From Patescibacteria group bacterium (GTDB lineage Bacteria; Patescibacteriota; Minisyncoccia; Phycocordibacterales; JAKAEA01): DNA of 64,000 nucleotides. The position numbers were made by a program, and so were the translations under genes. The notes beneath the pieces were generated by a model that was given only the letters and a program-made list of their open reading frames with translations, had not been told where the DNA came from and did not search any database. The stretch covers positions 782,922 to 846,921 of the forward strand of contig JAZKCY010000001.1 of the NCBI GenBank assembly GCA_040387855.1. The letters run 5' to 3'. Below, in pieces: positions 40,162 to 49,459 of this stretch (its first letter is position 1; the number at the start of each line of letters is the position of its first letter).

Positions 40162-40211
40162 TAATGTATCTTATTAAAATTGCATTAGGAAGTGGATAAC
40201 CTACTACACAA

Positions 40212-41480
40212 CTATTCTGGGAGAAGTGCGCCTTGAGTGTAGCGATTTGAAGGTGCCCAGAGCATCCAAGAATTGAGCCCAGCTGCATAGGTGGCTTCTA
40301 TTTGAGCCTTTACCTCTTTTACATCATAATCCCCTCCATAATCGAAATCCTGAAGCCAAGGACGCATTTTGTTCTTATCATAAGCAGGCTTTGTATAGAG
40401 CTGTGGTGATGTTGAAGCTATTGGAGTTGAACCTTTTATATTAAAGATACTTGAAGTGGCAATTGTTCTTTGTACGGCAGCATCCATTACGTATTTAATA
40501 AGTTCACCGGGATAATCATTGGGGTTTTTCCAGCCATTAAATGTTGCTGGATAATGTGATGGATAGACCATAGGTGCAATATAATCAAAATAGGGCATCG
40601 CTCGTTCTAAAATCTGGCCAATATTTAAATCATCAGTATTGTTGGTAGTCATCCCAAAAAGATCAGCAGATGTTACAACTCCCGTTGGCTTCATTTTGTC
40701 ATGCAAATACGAGAAAAAACTCTCAAGTACTTCTTGCTTTGGTTTATTCTGGCTAAACGGAAATGCAATATCTTTCATGTTTCCATCTGAGGGGAAACGA
40801 ATGTAATCATAATTTAATTCATCAAATCCAATAGCATATGATGCATTACTAATTGCAACAATATGATCCCATGCTTTTTGAGACCCTGGATCAAGATAGT
40901 GAATTCCCTTTTGATCAGCCCAGATTCCCCCATCACTCGCTCGCTTTACGGCAAGCTCAGGATAAAGCTTTGCATAATGAGGATCTTGAAACACTGTGAT
41001 TCTGCCGATAACATAAATATTTTTATCATGCAGTGTTTTAATAAACTCTTTCATATCAGAGACACTGCATCGATCTGATACAAAATCTGCAAGCATAGGA
41101 TCTTCAGGTTTGAAGGAAAGTAAGCCTGTGTAATCTTTGATATCTATAATAATAGAATTAATTTCAGTTTCATCAGCAATCTTTACTAAATCATTTCGAA
41201 AGTTTCGTGTACCAGCCACACAACTCGACATATAGATAGTTTTTACAGCTTTTGGAATTGACACATGTGATACTTTCTCTACTTCAACCTCATCAACAAC
41301 TTCTGGTTCCGGTAGTTTTTTAAGAGTCTCAGCTTCTACAGAATTTGTAGCAGCAACACCTCCTATGTTGTATGTATCACGTGCAAAGAAAGGCACAATT
41401 ATGTATACGAGCATAAAGAAACTTAGACCTAAAGCAATGAGTCCAATGACTGCATAATTTCTTTTCCCCGAGCCATTCAT
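40212..41480 (-). CDS. Membrane-anchored putative glycoside hydrolase-like TIM-barrel protein (DUF4015/GHL-like family, YngK-type).
   Basis: N-terminal TM helix followed by an extracytoplasmic domain with motifs (YIRFPSDG, WMLWAP) reminiscent of hypothetical glycosyl-hydrolase-like families. Assignment is tentative. Confidence 0.45.
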   Translation of the reverse strand: MNGSGKRNYAVIGLIALGLSFFMLVYIIVPFFARDTYNIGGVAATNSVEAETLKKLPEPEVVDEVEVEKVSHVSIPKAVKTIYMSSCVAGTRNFRNDLVKIADETEINSIIIDIKDYTGLLSFKPEDPMLADFVSDRCSVSDMKEFIKTLHDKNIYVIGRITVFQDPHYAKLYPELAVKRASDGGIWADQKGIHYLDPGSQKAWDHIVAISNASYAIGFDELNYDYIRFPSDGNMKDIAFPFSQNKPKQEVLESFFSYLHDKMKPTGVVTSADLFGMTTNNTDDLNIGQILERAMPYFDYIAPMVYPSHYPATFNGWKNPNDYPGELIKYVMDAAVQRTIATSSIFNIKGSTPIASTSPQLYTKPAYDKNKMRPWLQDFDYGGDYDVKEVKAQIEATYAAGLNSWMLWAPSNRYTQGALLPE

Positions 41481-41671
41481 GAAATACTATCTTTATCTAT
41501 TGTAGATGTAATGGTGTGGGTCCGACGATGCATGTGTCCAATGATTGATATAAGGATGAGTAGACCACCAATTGCACAAAAGATACTAGTTTTATATATA
41601 GTAGGTAATCCAGTAAAAGGCGTAATTAAAATAAGTATACCTAAAAAAAGATGTAATTTATTTCGAGACAT
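41477..41671 (-). CDS. Hypothetical small membrane protein (2 TM).
   Basis: 64 aa with two hydrophobic helices. Its stop overlaps the downstream start in an ATGA arrangement, suggesting translational coupling. Confidence 0.35.
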   Translation of the reverse strand: MSRNKLHLFLGILILITPFTGLPTIYKTSIFCAIGGLLILISIIGHMHRRTHTITSTIDKDSIS

Positions 41672-41695
41672 AATGGTAGTATACCGAACTCAACA

Positions 41696-42991
41696 TTAAT
41701 GCGCTAGGATTTTTTCTCCAACCTTGTAGATATCTCCTGCACCCATAGTCATAATAACATCACCTTTTTTTAACGTATTAAGATGCTTCTCAATTTCATC
41801 AAATGAGTTCATAGCTTGTGCCGATACTCCACTCTTAGAAATCTCTTGAGCTAAAAGTTCTGAAGAAATACTTGGGTCCACTGGTTCACGAGCTGCATAG
41901 ATAGGAGCTATGATTACATTTGTTACATTCTTAAACGATGTGCCAAAGTGAGTGAGATGTTGCTTTGTTCTGCTATAGAGGTGGGGCTGAAAAACAACTG
42001 TTATATTTTTATCAGGAAATAAATCTCGGGCTCCTGAAAGTGTAGCTTCTACCTCTGTAGGATGATGACCATAATCATCATAGACTAAAGCACCATTTTT
42101 AGTCTCTCCTTTAAATTCGAATCGTCGCCATGTACCTGAAAATCCTTCGAGAGATTTTTTAGCATCAGCACGTGGGATCTTCAACACATCTGCTACTGCA
42201 AGTACTGCCGCAGCATTTGCAAGATTGTGTTCTCCTGGCACTTTGAGCTCTAAATTGATATCACCAAAAAGTTCATAATCGATAACTTCAGCCTTTGCTT
42301 TTTTTGCAACATCACCAATGTGAGGAAGTTCCAAATCGCATATTACCTGTCCTTGTGAGTCTACTTGACCAATTAGCTCAATAAAAGCAGATTTAATATC
42401 TTCTATATCTTTATAGTAATCAAGATGATCATCATCTATATTTGTAATTACTAAAATATTTGGATGTAAATTTAAAAATGATCTTTTATATTCACAAGCT
42501 TCAACAACAAGATACTTACTTTTCCCTGCAATAAAATTACTTTTTTGATCTTTCAAAATACTTCCCACAATAACAGTTGGATCCATTCCAGCATCAATGA
42601 GCATCTTCGCTATCATCGCTGTTGTTGTAGTCTTTCCATGAGTCCCGGATACAGCAATTGTAAATTTATCTTTTGAAATGATTGCAAGTGCCTGCGGATA
42701 TGTAATGCATTCTATACCCAATTCTCGTGCTTTCATCAACTCTGCATTATTTTCTGGAATAGCCACTGTGTAAATAACAAGATCTATCCCTGCAACAATA
42801 TTTTCAGCTTTTTGACCTATAGTGACTGAAATCCTTTCTTTTTTAAGTTCCTGAGTTACTTCTGATTCATCGCGATCTGAACCGGTTATTTCTTTTCCTT
42901 CGAGACTCATCATTCGTGCCACGGCAGAAATTCCGATACCTCCAATACCTATAAAGTGGACTTTTTTTATTTTTGAAAAATCAGATATCAT
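41696..42991 (-). CDS. murC: UDP-N-acetylmuramate--L-alanine ligase.
   Basis: VHFIGIGGIGISAVA N-terminus and Mur ligase central and C-terminal domains (GTHGKTTTTAMIA). Confidence 0.9.
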   Translation of the reverse strand: MISDFSKIKKVHFIGIGGIGISAVARMMSLEGKEITGSDRDESEVTQELKKERISVTIGQKAENIVAGIDLVIYTVAIPENNAELMKARELGIECITYPQALAIISKDKFTIAVSGTHGKTTTTAMIAKMLIDAGMDPTVIVGSILKDQKSNFIAGKSKYLVVEACEYKRSFLNLHPNILVITNIDDDHLDYYKDIEDIKSAFIELIGQVDSQGQVICDLELPHIGDVAKKAKAEVIDYELFGDINLELKVPGEHNLANAAAVLAVADVLKIPRADAKKSLEGFSGTWRRFEFKGETKNGALVYDDYGHHPTEVEATLSGARDLFPDKNITVVFQPHLYSRTKQHLTHFGTSFKNVTNVIIAPIYAAREPVDPSISSELLAQEISKSGVSAQAMNSFDEIEKHLNTLKKGDVIMTMGAGDIYKVGEKILAH

Positions 42992-43650
42992 TATTGTTCA
43001 AAGCTGATACTCATAACTAATTGTGCGATTACTTGCATTTCAGCATATGAATAATTTACTTGGTCATATGAGAATACAAATGCTTGATTTCCCTTTAGGA
43101 AAATATACTCTACAGTCTTTAAATTTGGATCATATACAGAAAGTAATTTCTGGCTTTTACTATTTTCATACACCACTTGATACTCACGAGGCTGTACAGA
43201 GGCACCAAACTTATTAATTGCCTCAACATCAGCTTTCATATTTGAAACCTCAATATCATCAAGACTGTTCCATGTTCCTGGATACGTAGACAACCTCAAC
43301 AAACCAGCTCTTTCAGCATTGTCTGTTTTACGAACAAAAGTCCCAACTGTTGTTTGTTTATTAGAAGCTTCAGGAGATGTTGAAGCACCAATTACTGTAA
43401 ATAATCGTGGTGAAGAAAACATAATACCGTAGGCCTTACTCTTATGCATATCCCATTCATATGCCTCTTTAGGTAAATCGGGGCTAATAACTCGAGCTTC
43501 AGCTTCTTTTATTTGACGTGCTATATGTGGAATTTTAATAAAATAAATATATCCAGCAAAAAGTGCCAATCCCAACATAATAAATGCTAATGTTTGGCGT
43601 ACCCAAATGATATGTTCGTGATACCAATGTTCACTAGATTTTAAATTCAT
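42991..43650 (-). CDS. Hypothetical membrane-anchored protein between murD and murC.
   Basis: One N-terminal TM helix plus a ~180-aa extracytoplasmic domain. No recognisable family. A division/cell-wall accessory role is possible from context only. Confidence 0.5.
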   Translation of the reverse strand: MNLKSSEHWYHEHIIWVRQTLAFIMLGLALFAGYIYFIKIPHIARQIKEAEARVISPDLPKEAYEWDMHKSKAYGIMFSSPRLFTVIGASTSPEASNKQTTVGTFVRKTDNAERAGLLRLSTYPGTWNSLDDIEVSNMKADVEAINKFGASVQPREYQVVYENSKSQKLLSVYDPNLKTVEYIFLKGNQAFVFSYDQVNYSYAEMQVIAQLVMSISFEQ

Positions 43651-43719
43651 AGTACTAGTATACCGAGAAATTAATTTTGATGCTATATAAAAAATAAAAA
43701 ACCGCCCAAATAGGCAGCA

Positions 43720-43911
43720 TCAGATTTTGCGGTCGATCGCATCGGTGAGCGATTCCAAAGTCATCCTCCCGTCCTTTGTGGCATACTTTAGTGCGGCCGC
43801 CACACCAGGCTCGAGAGCGATCACCGAGCTATCAATGACCACCGTCACGACCTGATGTAGATCAAGAACACGATCAGGTGTGGCAGGAGGTGCCACTGTC
43901 TCTACAACCAT
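43720..43911 (-). CDS. GC-rich ORFan (63 aa); possible fragment with a PIN-like VIDSSVIAL motif.
   Basis: Lies in a ~230-bp GC-rich islet in the murD-murC spacer. The composition is alien to the host. Function unknown. Confidence 0.25.
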   Translation of the reverse strand: MVVETVAPPATPDRVLDLHQVVTVVIDSSVIALEPGVAAALKYATKDGRMTLESLTDAIDRKI

Positions 43912-43972
43912 ATAAAATCTCCAAACGAACTATCCCCCGCGATTACCTTACTATATTTTGCTCACAATGCAA

Positions 43973-45316
43973 CTATAAAAACCGAATAAGTTTGTTGAAG
44001 CTTTCCCCTCGTTCAAATTCGTTTGTAAACATACCAAATGAAGCGAATGCTGGGCTTAAAAGAATAGTATTGCCTGGTTGCGCACATTGAACGGCTAATT
44101 TCACAGCATGCTGAAGTGAATCTGATGACACAAGCTTGTCACCCAAAGCATTTTTAAGATCTTCAGCTATTCGTGAACTCCCAGTGCCTGATAAAAGTAT
44201 TACTTTTTTTGTGAGCGCTGAAATTTCTTGAACGAGCTTACTCATATCCAGATTTTTATCTGCACCACCCATAATTAAAATTGTAGATGGATCATTAGTT
44301 GATGACCGTAATGCTTGAAGCCCTACAATGGTGGCATCAGGAGTGGTAGCAGTAGTATCATTGTAAATCTTTACACCATTATATTCACGTATAAATTCTA
44401 GTCGTCCAGAAATACCTTTAAAATCCTCAATCGCTTTTTTTATAACATCATTAGGAATTTGTAATGCACGCGCGGCTGCTACAACTATAGCTGCATTATA
44501 TTTATTATGCTCCCCTGGCATATATATTTGCCAATCTTGTGGAATATCGTCTACACGTGCAATGATAGTTTGTGCATGGATATCTTCTTTGTATTTTTGT
44601 GTAAGTATATCTGACACACGATCGCCCATAATAAAAATATCTTTCTCAGTTTGATACTTAAAAATGTATGACTTATCATTGAGATATGCAACCATATCGC
44701 CTTTGTAATAATTGAGATGATCAGCATAAAATGTAGTAAATATTGCGAGATGTGGACTAATCTTTCGCTCTCCAAATCCTTGCAGCTGCCATGAATCCAA
44801 TTCAAGTACTGCTATATCCCCTTCTTTAGCTTCCCGTAGGAACTGAAGTGTTGAAACACCTTTAACATTGCCTCCCAAAAAGACTTTTGAAGTGTTTGCC
44901 TTTTGTAGTACTTCGTACAATAAATGGGTAACCGTTGATTTACCTCGTGTACCTGTGATACCAATAATTGTAGCTGGGGTAAGAGCAGCAAACAAAGCTG
45001 TACTCATCTCAATTGGAATATTATTTTTTCGCGCTTCGGTTATATATTCAGAATCAAGAGGTACACTTGCAGCCTTCAAAATAAAATCCCGATTGCGAAA
45101 ATCTTCGAGCCGGTGTTCACCCAATACATATGTAATATTTTTGAAATGCTTGAGTTCGATCAAACTTGCTCGCAACTCTGATTCAGGTTTAAGATCGGTA
45201 ACAATAAGTTCTGCACCCTCTTCTGCAAAGAATCTTATATCTCCAACACCCCGGCCCAAGAGTCCGAGCCCCATTACAGTAATCTTCTTTCCTTTGAAAT
45301 ATCCCGGAGTATACAT
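43973..45316 (-). CDS. murD: UDP-N-acetylmuramoylalanine--D-glutamate ligase.
   Basis: N-terminal Rossmann KKITVMGLGLLGRGV and Mur ligase domains (GITGTRGKSTVT). Confidence 0.9.
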   Translation of the reverse strand: MYTPGYFKGKKITVMGLGLLGRGVGDIRFFAEEGAELIVTDLKPESELRASLIELKHFKNITYVLGEHRLEDFRNRDFILKAASVPLDSEYITEARKNNIPIEMSTALFAALTPATIIGITGTRGKSTVTHLLYEVLQKANTSKVFLGGNVKGVSTLQFLREAKEGDIAVLELDSWQLQGFGERKISPHLAIFTTFYADHLNYYKGDMVAYLNDKSYIFKYQTEKDIFIMGDRVSDILTQKYKEDIHAQTIIARVDDIPQDWQIYMPGEHNKYNAAIVVAAARALQIPNDVIKKAIEDFKGISGRLEFIREYNGVKIYNDTTATTPDATIVGLQALRSSTNDPSTILIMGGADKNLDMSKLVQEISALTKKVILLSGTGSSRIAEDLKNALGDKLVSSDSLQHAVKLAVQCAQPGNTILLSPAFASFGMFTNEFERGESFNKLIRFL

Positions 45317-45340
45317 GTGGTTATACTAGCATAAAATTAA

Positions 45341-45973
45341 TTAACTAATAGCCGAACACCAAAGCTTCGTAAGTTGCGCTTCGGTAAGTCGCAATTCCAT
45401 CTGCTGAGCAAAATAGTCTTTGATCTCGCCTTTTAATACATGTGTATACGAATATTTCTCAAGCCAGCGTTTTGTTTTTACATAGTTTAAAATCTTTTCA
45501 TAATCATATGAAAGCTCTCCTCCAAAGTCTATTTGTATTACTTGTCCATTCTCTCGCACACCATTATTTCGTGTGAGATTAAATACAACATCTGAGAATC
45601 CAAACTGCCACATATACAGCAGCAAATCAATGTAGCTATCTATAAGCTTTTTATTTTCTTCCAAGCTATGCTTAGGAAAATAATCTTCAAATACAAATAC
45701 TTTATCTTGAGTATAGTTAATTCCTTGTTGATTAGTAAAATCTGGATTCCCAAATTTTGTGAGATCAACTTTATCTTTAATTGTTTTAAACTGATCATAG
45801 GCGCTTTTGCCGGCAGAACGAGTAGATCTAATTTGTTTAAAAGCTTTGAAATATAATTTACATACCCAACCAATATAATAAAGCTGACTCAGGTATGTTT
45901 GCTCGCGCTTAAGAACTCTGCCGTTGCCGAGATCATATACTTTGTATTCCCACCCTTGGCCAATAAATTTCAT
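45341..45973 (-). CDS. Small protein-kinase-like fold protein (Kdo/WaaP/RIO-like lipopolysaccharide-kinase family).
   Basis: Gly-rich loop IGQGWEYKVY, a VLK (VAIK-like) lysine and an IQIDFGG DFG motif, all in 210 aa. Confidence 0.55.
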   Translation of the reverse strand: MKFIGQGWEYKVYDLGNGRVLKREQTYLSQLYYIGWVCKLYFKAFKQIRSTRSAGKSAYDQFKTIKDKVDLTKFGNPDFTNQQGINYTQDKVFVFEDYFPKHSLEENKKLIDSYIDLLLYMWQFGFSDVVFNLTRNNGVRENGQVIQIDFGGELSYDYEKILNYVKTKRWLEKYSYTHVLKGEIKDYFAQQMELRLTEAQLTKLWCSAIS

Positions 45974-45979
45974 AAATAA

Positions 45980-46456
45980 TTATAAAGTATAAAGATAAAG
46001 AATACTTAAAGAAAAGATAAACACTGCTGCTTCAGATACGGAGACAATAGTTGCTCTTCCGTAAAAGAATTTAATCCATCCCATACCAGGAATCATTTTG
46101 TAATCTTGAGCATAAAATTTGTATCGTTTATCAGAATGCGGCCATAGCCACGCAATACCGTGTCCTATCCAAAAAGTATCGTGAATAAGATGTGTAGCAA
46201 CTCCTAATGCAAGCATAAGCGTCCATACCAGTCCTCCAATGAGAAATGCGGTTAAGATAATAGGTACATACACTAAAGGCTGGTGAGTTAATCCCCTGTG
46301 CCCACCAAAGAGTTTTGATAATCCAGGAATTAAATCAATGTCAGGTAATAAGGCAAAAAATATTCCGGCAGCAATATGCCAGGCGGTAAGATCAACTCCG
46401 AAAAGCCATGTGACGAAAATAGAGATTAAAATGCCAATGCCAATATCTGCGTGCAT
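45980..46456 (-). CDS. YdjM-family membrane-bound metal-dependent hydrolase.
   Basis: LLPDIDL and HRGLTHQ motifs match the YdjM family. The start is probably MHADIG (46456); the longer track ORF overlaps the pyk 3' end. Confidence 0.7.
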   Translation of the reverse strand: MHADIGIGILISIFVTWLFGVDLTAWHIAAGIFFALLPDIDLIPGLSKLFGGHRGLTHQPLVYVPIILTAFLIGGLVWTLMLALGVATHLIHDTFWIGHGIAWLWPHSDKRYKFYAQDYKMIPGMGWIKFFYGRATIVSVSEAAVFIFSLSILYLYTL

Positions 46457-46538
46457 ATGTGCATAGTAGTACAAAACCCAACAAAAAACACCCTTTGCAA
46501 TGCTTGGGGTGTTTTTTGATCTAGATAATAGCGAGAGC

Positions 46539-47978
46539 TTAGATAGTCTCAACCATCAACATATTTGTATCTACTTTCTTTCCAAATGGCATTCCTAGAG
46601 CGATAACAATCTTATCTCCCTTCTCTGCCAATTTGTTCTTTGCGATATGAGCTTTCACTGCCTTTAATGCATCATTAAGCATCATTGTCTTCTTCATAAG
46701 AACTGGTGTAACACCGTAGCTCATAAGAAGCTGCTTTTCTGTTCGCTCACTTGGAGTAAATGCAAGAATAGGCTGGATTGGCTTGTATCGTGAAATCATT
46801 CGAGCGGTAAAGCCTGTCTGAGTAAGAGCGACGATAAGAGTTGCATCAAGAGAATTTGCAATATCAACTACTTCATTTGTAATTGCATCTGCTACTCGAG
46901 CATCCATTGATTCGTGCTTGTACTGCTGCCAATCGAGAACCTGACTCTGATAGAGAGAATCATTTTCAATTTTAAGCGCAACTCGAGTCATCAACTGTAC
47001 TGATTCAACAGGATAATCTCCAAGAGTTGTTTCTTCTGAAAGCATGATTGCGTCTGTTCCATCGATAATTGCATTTGCAATGTCTGAAACTTCAGCTCGT
47101 GTAGGTACTGGGCTCTTAATCATAGATTCGAGCATGTGTGTAGCGGTAATAACCATCTTACCCACTTCATTACATTTTCGAATAAGATCCTTTTGCACCA
47201 TAGGTACATTTTCTGCTCCAATTTCAATTGCCATATCTCCTCGAGCGACCATCACACCGTCAACTACTTCGAGAAGTTCATCAAAGTTTTCAAGTCCTTC
47301 AACATCTTCGATCTTTGCAATAATCTTGGTATCAGGAAGCTTTGCTTTCTCCAAGATTGCTCGTAATTCTCGTACATCATCTGCTCGTCGTACGAATGAA
47401 AACGCAACAAAGTCTACTTTGTTCTTAATTCCAAAAGCGATATCTTTCTTATCCTTGTCAGTAAGAGAACTGATTGAAAGATGTGCTCCAGGAAGATTGA
47501 TCCCTCGTCGATTCTTAATTTCACCTCCAACAATTACTTTACAAATAAGTTCATTGCCTTTGATTTCAACAACTTCAAGTCGCTTCTTTCCGTCATGGAG
47601 AAGTACCGGTGAACCAACCTGCAATTCACGTGGAAGTGGTTCGTAGTTTACTGATACTCGTTCTTCGTTTCCTACTACTGATTTGTCTGTTGTAAGAGTA
47701 AAGAGCTGACCTTCCTTAAGAGTGATTACTCCATTTTCAAAATCTCCAATTCGAATTTTTGGTCCTCCAAGGTCCTGCAAGATTGCAGCCTGAATTCCAG
47801 TCTTCTTCATCGCCTTTCGGAGATTATCTACTTTCTTTTGGTGCTCAGCAAAATCTCCATGAGAGAAGTTGAGTCGCATAATATTTAAACCTTCTTTAAG
47901 AAGCTTGCTCAACATTTCTTCCGATTCTGTAACCGGTCCGATGGTGGCAACAATCTTTGTTTTCTTGTTTTCGATCAT
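46539..47978 (-). CDS. pyk: Pyruvate kinase.
   Basis: KIVATIGP, MRLNFSHG and full-length pyruvate-kinase barrel plus C-terminal domain. Confidence 0.95.
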   Translation of the reverse strand: MIENKKTKIVATIGPVTESEEMLSKLLKEGLNIMRLNFSHGDFAEHQKKVDNLRKAMKKTGIQAAILQDLGGPKIRIGDFENGVITLKEGQLFTLTTDKSVVGNEERVSVNYEPLPRELQVGSPVLLHDGKKRLEVVEIKGNELICKVIVGGEIKNRRGINLPGAHLSISSLTDKDKKDIAFGIKNKVDFVAFSFVRRADDVRELRAILEKAKLPDTKIIAKIEDVEGLENFDELLEVVDGVMVARGDMAIEIGAENVPMVQKDLIRKCNEVGKMVITATHMLESMIKSPVPTRAEVSDIANAIIDGTDAIMLSEETTLGDYPVESVQLMTRVALKIENDSLYQSQVLDWQQYKHESMDARVADAITNEVVDIANSLDATLIVALTQTGFTARMISRYKPIQPILAFTPSERTEKQLLMSYGVTPVLMKKTMMLNDALKAVKAHIAKNKLAEKGDKIVIALGMPFGKKVDTNMLMVETI

Positions 47979-48514
47979 ATATTTTGTGAATAATAATTAG
48001 TCCTTTTAGAGAGACAATGTAGACAATCATACTCATTTTTAGCCAAAATGCAATAAATGAGGCAACGAACCGCCGGCACTATTGTTAGAGATATAAAAAA
48101 AGTCCTTAACACCGATCGTGGTGCTAGGACTGCTTATTTGCCGCTCGCTCAGCGGCGCGGAGCTCTTCGAGCTTCAACGTCTGGACTCCAGCCCACTCTC
48201 GGGCCGTGAATCCTCGAGCACTTGGACACGTGAGCAGATGAGGACGCCCCCGATAGTTGACACTGCTCGTTCGGGTCCGTGGACCATCGGCTTGGGCCTG
48301 GGCCCTTTCGGTAGTTGATAGAGACATGCAAACACCTCGAGATGAAAACATCGTAATCCCTTACGACGGTAGGTACTTTGACCTACGAACTAACATGAAC
48401 TCAGATACTGGTTAAAAAACCTCCCTTCTACATACATATATGCAAAATGAGACCAGACTAAATGGTACTACGAATATATAATGTGTCAACCCATGTATTA
48501 AGTCCCGACTTGTG

Positions 48515-48587
48515 TGCGCCAGCCAGGATTCGAACCTGGGACCCCATCAGTATCAGTGATGTGCTCTACCAACTGAGCTACTAGCGC
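48515..48587 (-). tRNA. tRNA-Ile (anticodon GAU), 73 nt, no encoded CCA.
   Basis: Manual fold: a 7-bp acceptor stem (GCGCTAG/CTGGCGC), a D-arm (GCTCAGTTGGTAGAGC), an anticodon stem CATCA/TGATG with loop CTGATAC (anticodon GAT), and a T-arm (CCAGGTTCGAATCCTGG). A TTGCCT-N17-TATATT promoter lies at 48615-48643. Confidence 0.9.
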
Positions 48588-48722
48588 ATTTACATTTCCC
48601 TGAAATGTAAGTGGAATATATCAGAAAACAGCAAAACAGGCAATATATAATAATGAGGACCCCAGGCACAGTGTGCTGGGGTCCAGAGGATGGGAACGGT
48701 ACTGTATGACGCGTGGGCTTGA

Positions 48723-49004
48723 TCAGGCGGCTTCGTTGAGGCCGAGATCGCCGAGGTAGTCCTTGTCGGACTGGGCCTCGATGTTCTTGATGCCGATGAC
48801 GAGCAGGACTCGGTCGACGACCGTGTCCATGACGGGATCCGACGGCTTGTCGTACTTCCCTGCTCGAACCTGCATTGCCACTACCATCTGGTTGATCAGA
48901 GCCAACCTTGCAGAGCTCTCCTTGAGCCTATCTGCGATGGACATGGTGCCCGGCGTCTGCGTGGTCGGCTTGGGGTTGCCAGCCGACATGTCTCTCTCGA
49001 TCAT
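48723..49004 (-). CDS. GC-rich hypothetical protein (93 aa).
   Basis: ORF in a ~700-bp GC-rich islet next to tRNA-Ile. A strong 12-bp GC hairpin (about 48655-48685) lies downstream. No family recognised. Confidence 0.35.
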   Translation of the reverse strand: MIERDMSAGNPKPTTQTPGTMSIADRLKESSARLALINQMVVAMQVRAGKYDKPSDPVMDTVVDRVLLVIGIKNIEAQSDKDYLGDLGLNEAA

Positions 49005-49066
49005 CTAACAATCTCCTTTTCGGCGAAATAGTAAGGTTTTCCGAGTCTAGCCAGGGTCAGTGGCTA

Positions 49067-49321
49067 TTACAGCAAACACGATGCAATGCACGTCCCGAGC
49101 AGCAACCCTGCGAGCAGGGTCATCACAACAGGAAGTTTCCGTCGAGCGATAAACGTAGTGATGGAAACAAAGAAAATCATTACACAGGCAATGACCTCAC
49201 AAAGGTCATCGACAGTGTTCCAATTATCTTTTGGCGTCCGTCCTTGGCCGCCTTCAACGAGTGGAGCATGCTTCGACATATCCGTAAATCCATTCACGGC
49301 GAGGTACGAGTGATCGAACAC
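49067..49321 (-). CDS. GC-rich hypothetical small membrane protein (84 aa, C-terminal TM segments).
   Basis: Lies in the same GC-rich islet as the 93-aa ORF. Its hydrophobic C-terminus (ACVMIFFVSITTFIA...LLAGLLLGTCIA) gives a holin-like topology, but there is no further support. Confidence 0.3.
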   Translation of the reverse strand: MFDHSYLAVNGFTDMSKHAPLVEGGQGRTPKDNWNTVDDLCEVIACVMIFFVSITTFIARRKLPVVMTLLAGLLLGTCIASCLL

Positions 49322-49459
49322 AAAACGCGAGGGTCAAGTCGCGTACAGTATGAACTGTGTATAATAATAGCATATATAACAACAAAAGTCAAGTAACTAT
49401 GCATACTAAAAAACCCTTTAGGTAAGGGCTTTTTAATGGCTATTTATTCGAAATTTAGG

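Noticed and set aside
47044-47646. 200-aa plus-strand ORF inside pyk.
   Set aside because: Antisense to the pyruvate kinase gene. The Ser/Thr/Ile-rich translation is typical of a reverse frame of AT-rich coding DNA.
48118-48351. ORFs in the GC-rich islet 48118-48351. Also tested it as an RNase P RNA.
   Set aside because: Three mutually overlapping frames with Arg/Ala-rich nonsense translations. A short CCGATGG(T/C)CC match to RNase P is not supported by the P4 or other conserved regions, and the islet is too short.
48100-49330. Integrative element at tRNA-Ile (integrase plus att duplication).
   Set aside because: There is no integrase gene and no direct repeat of the tRNA 3' segment in either flank. 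Only the compositional islets remain, and I reported those.
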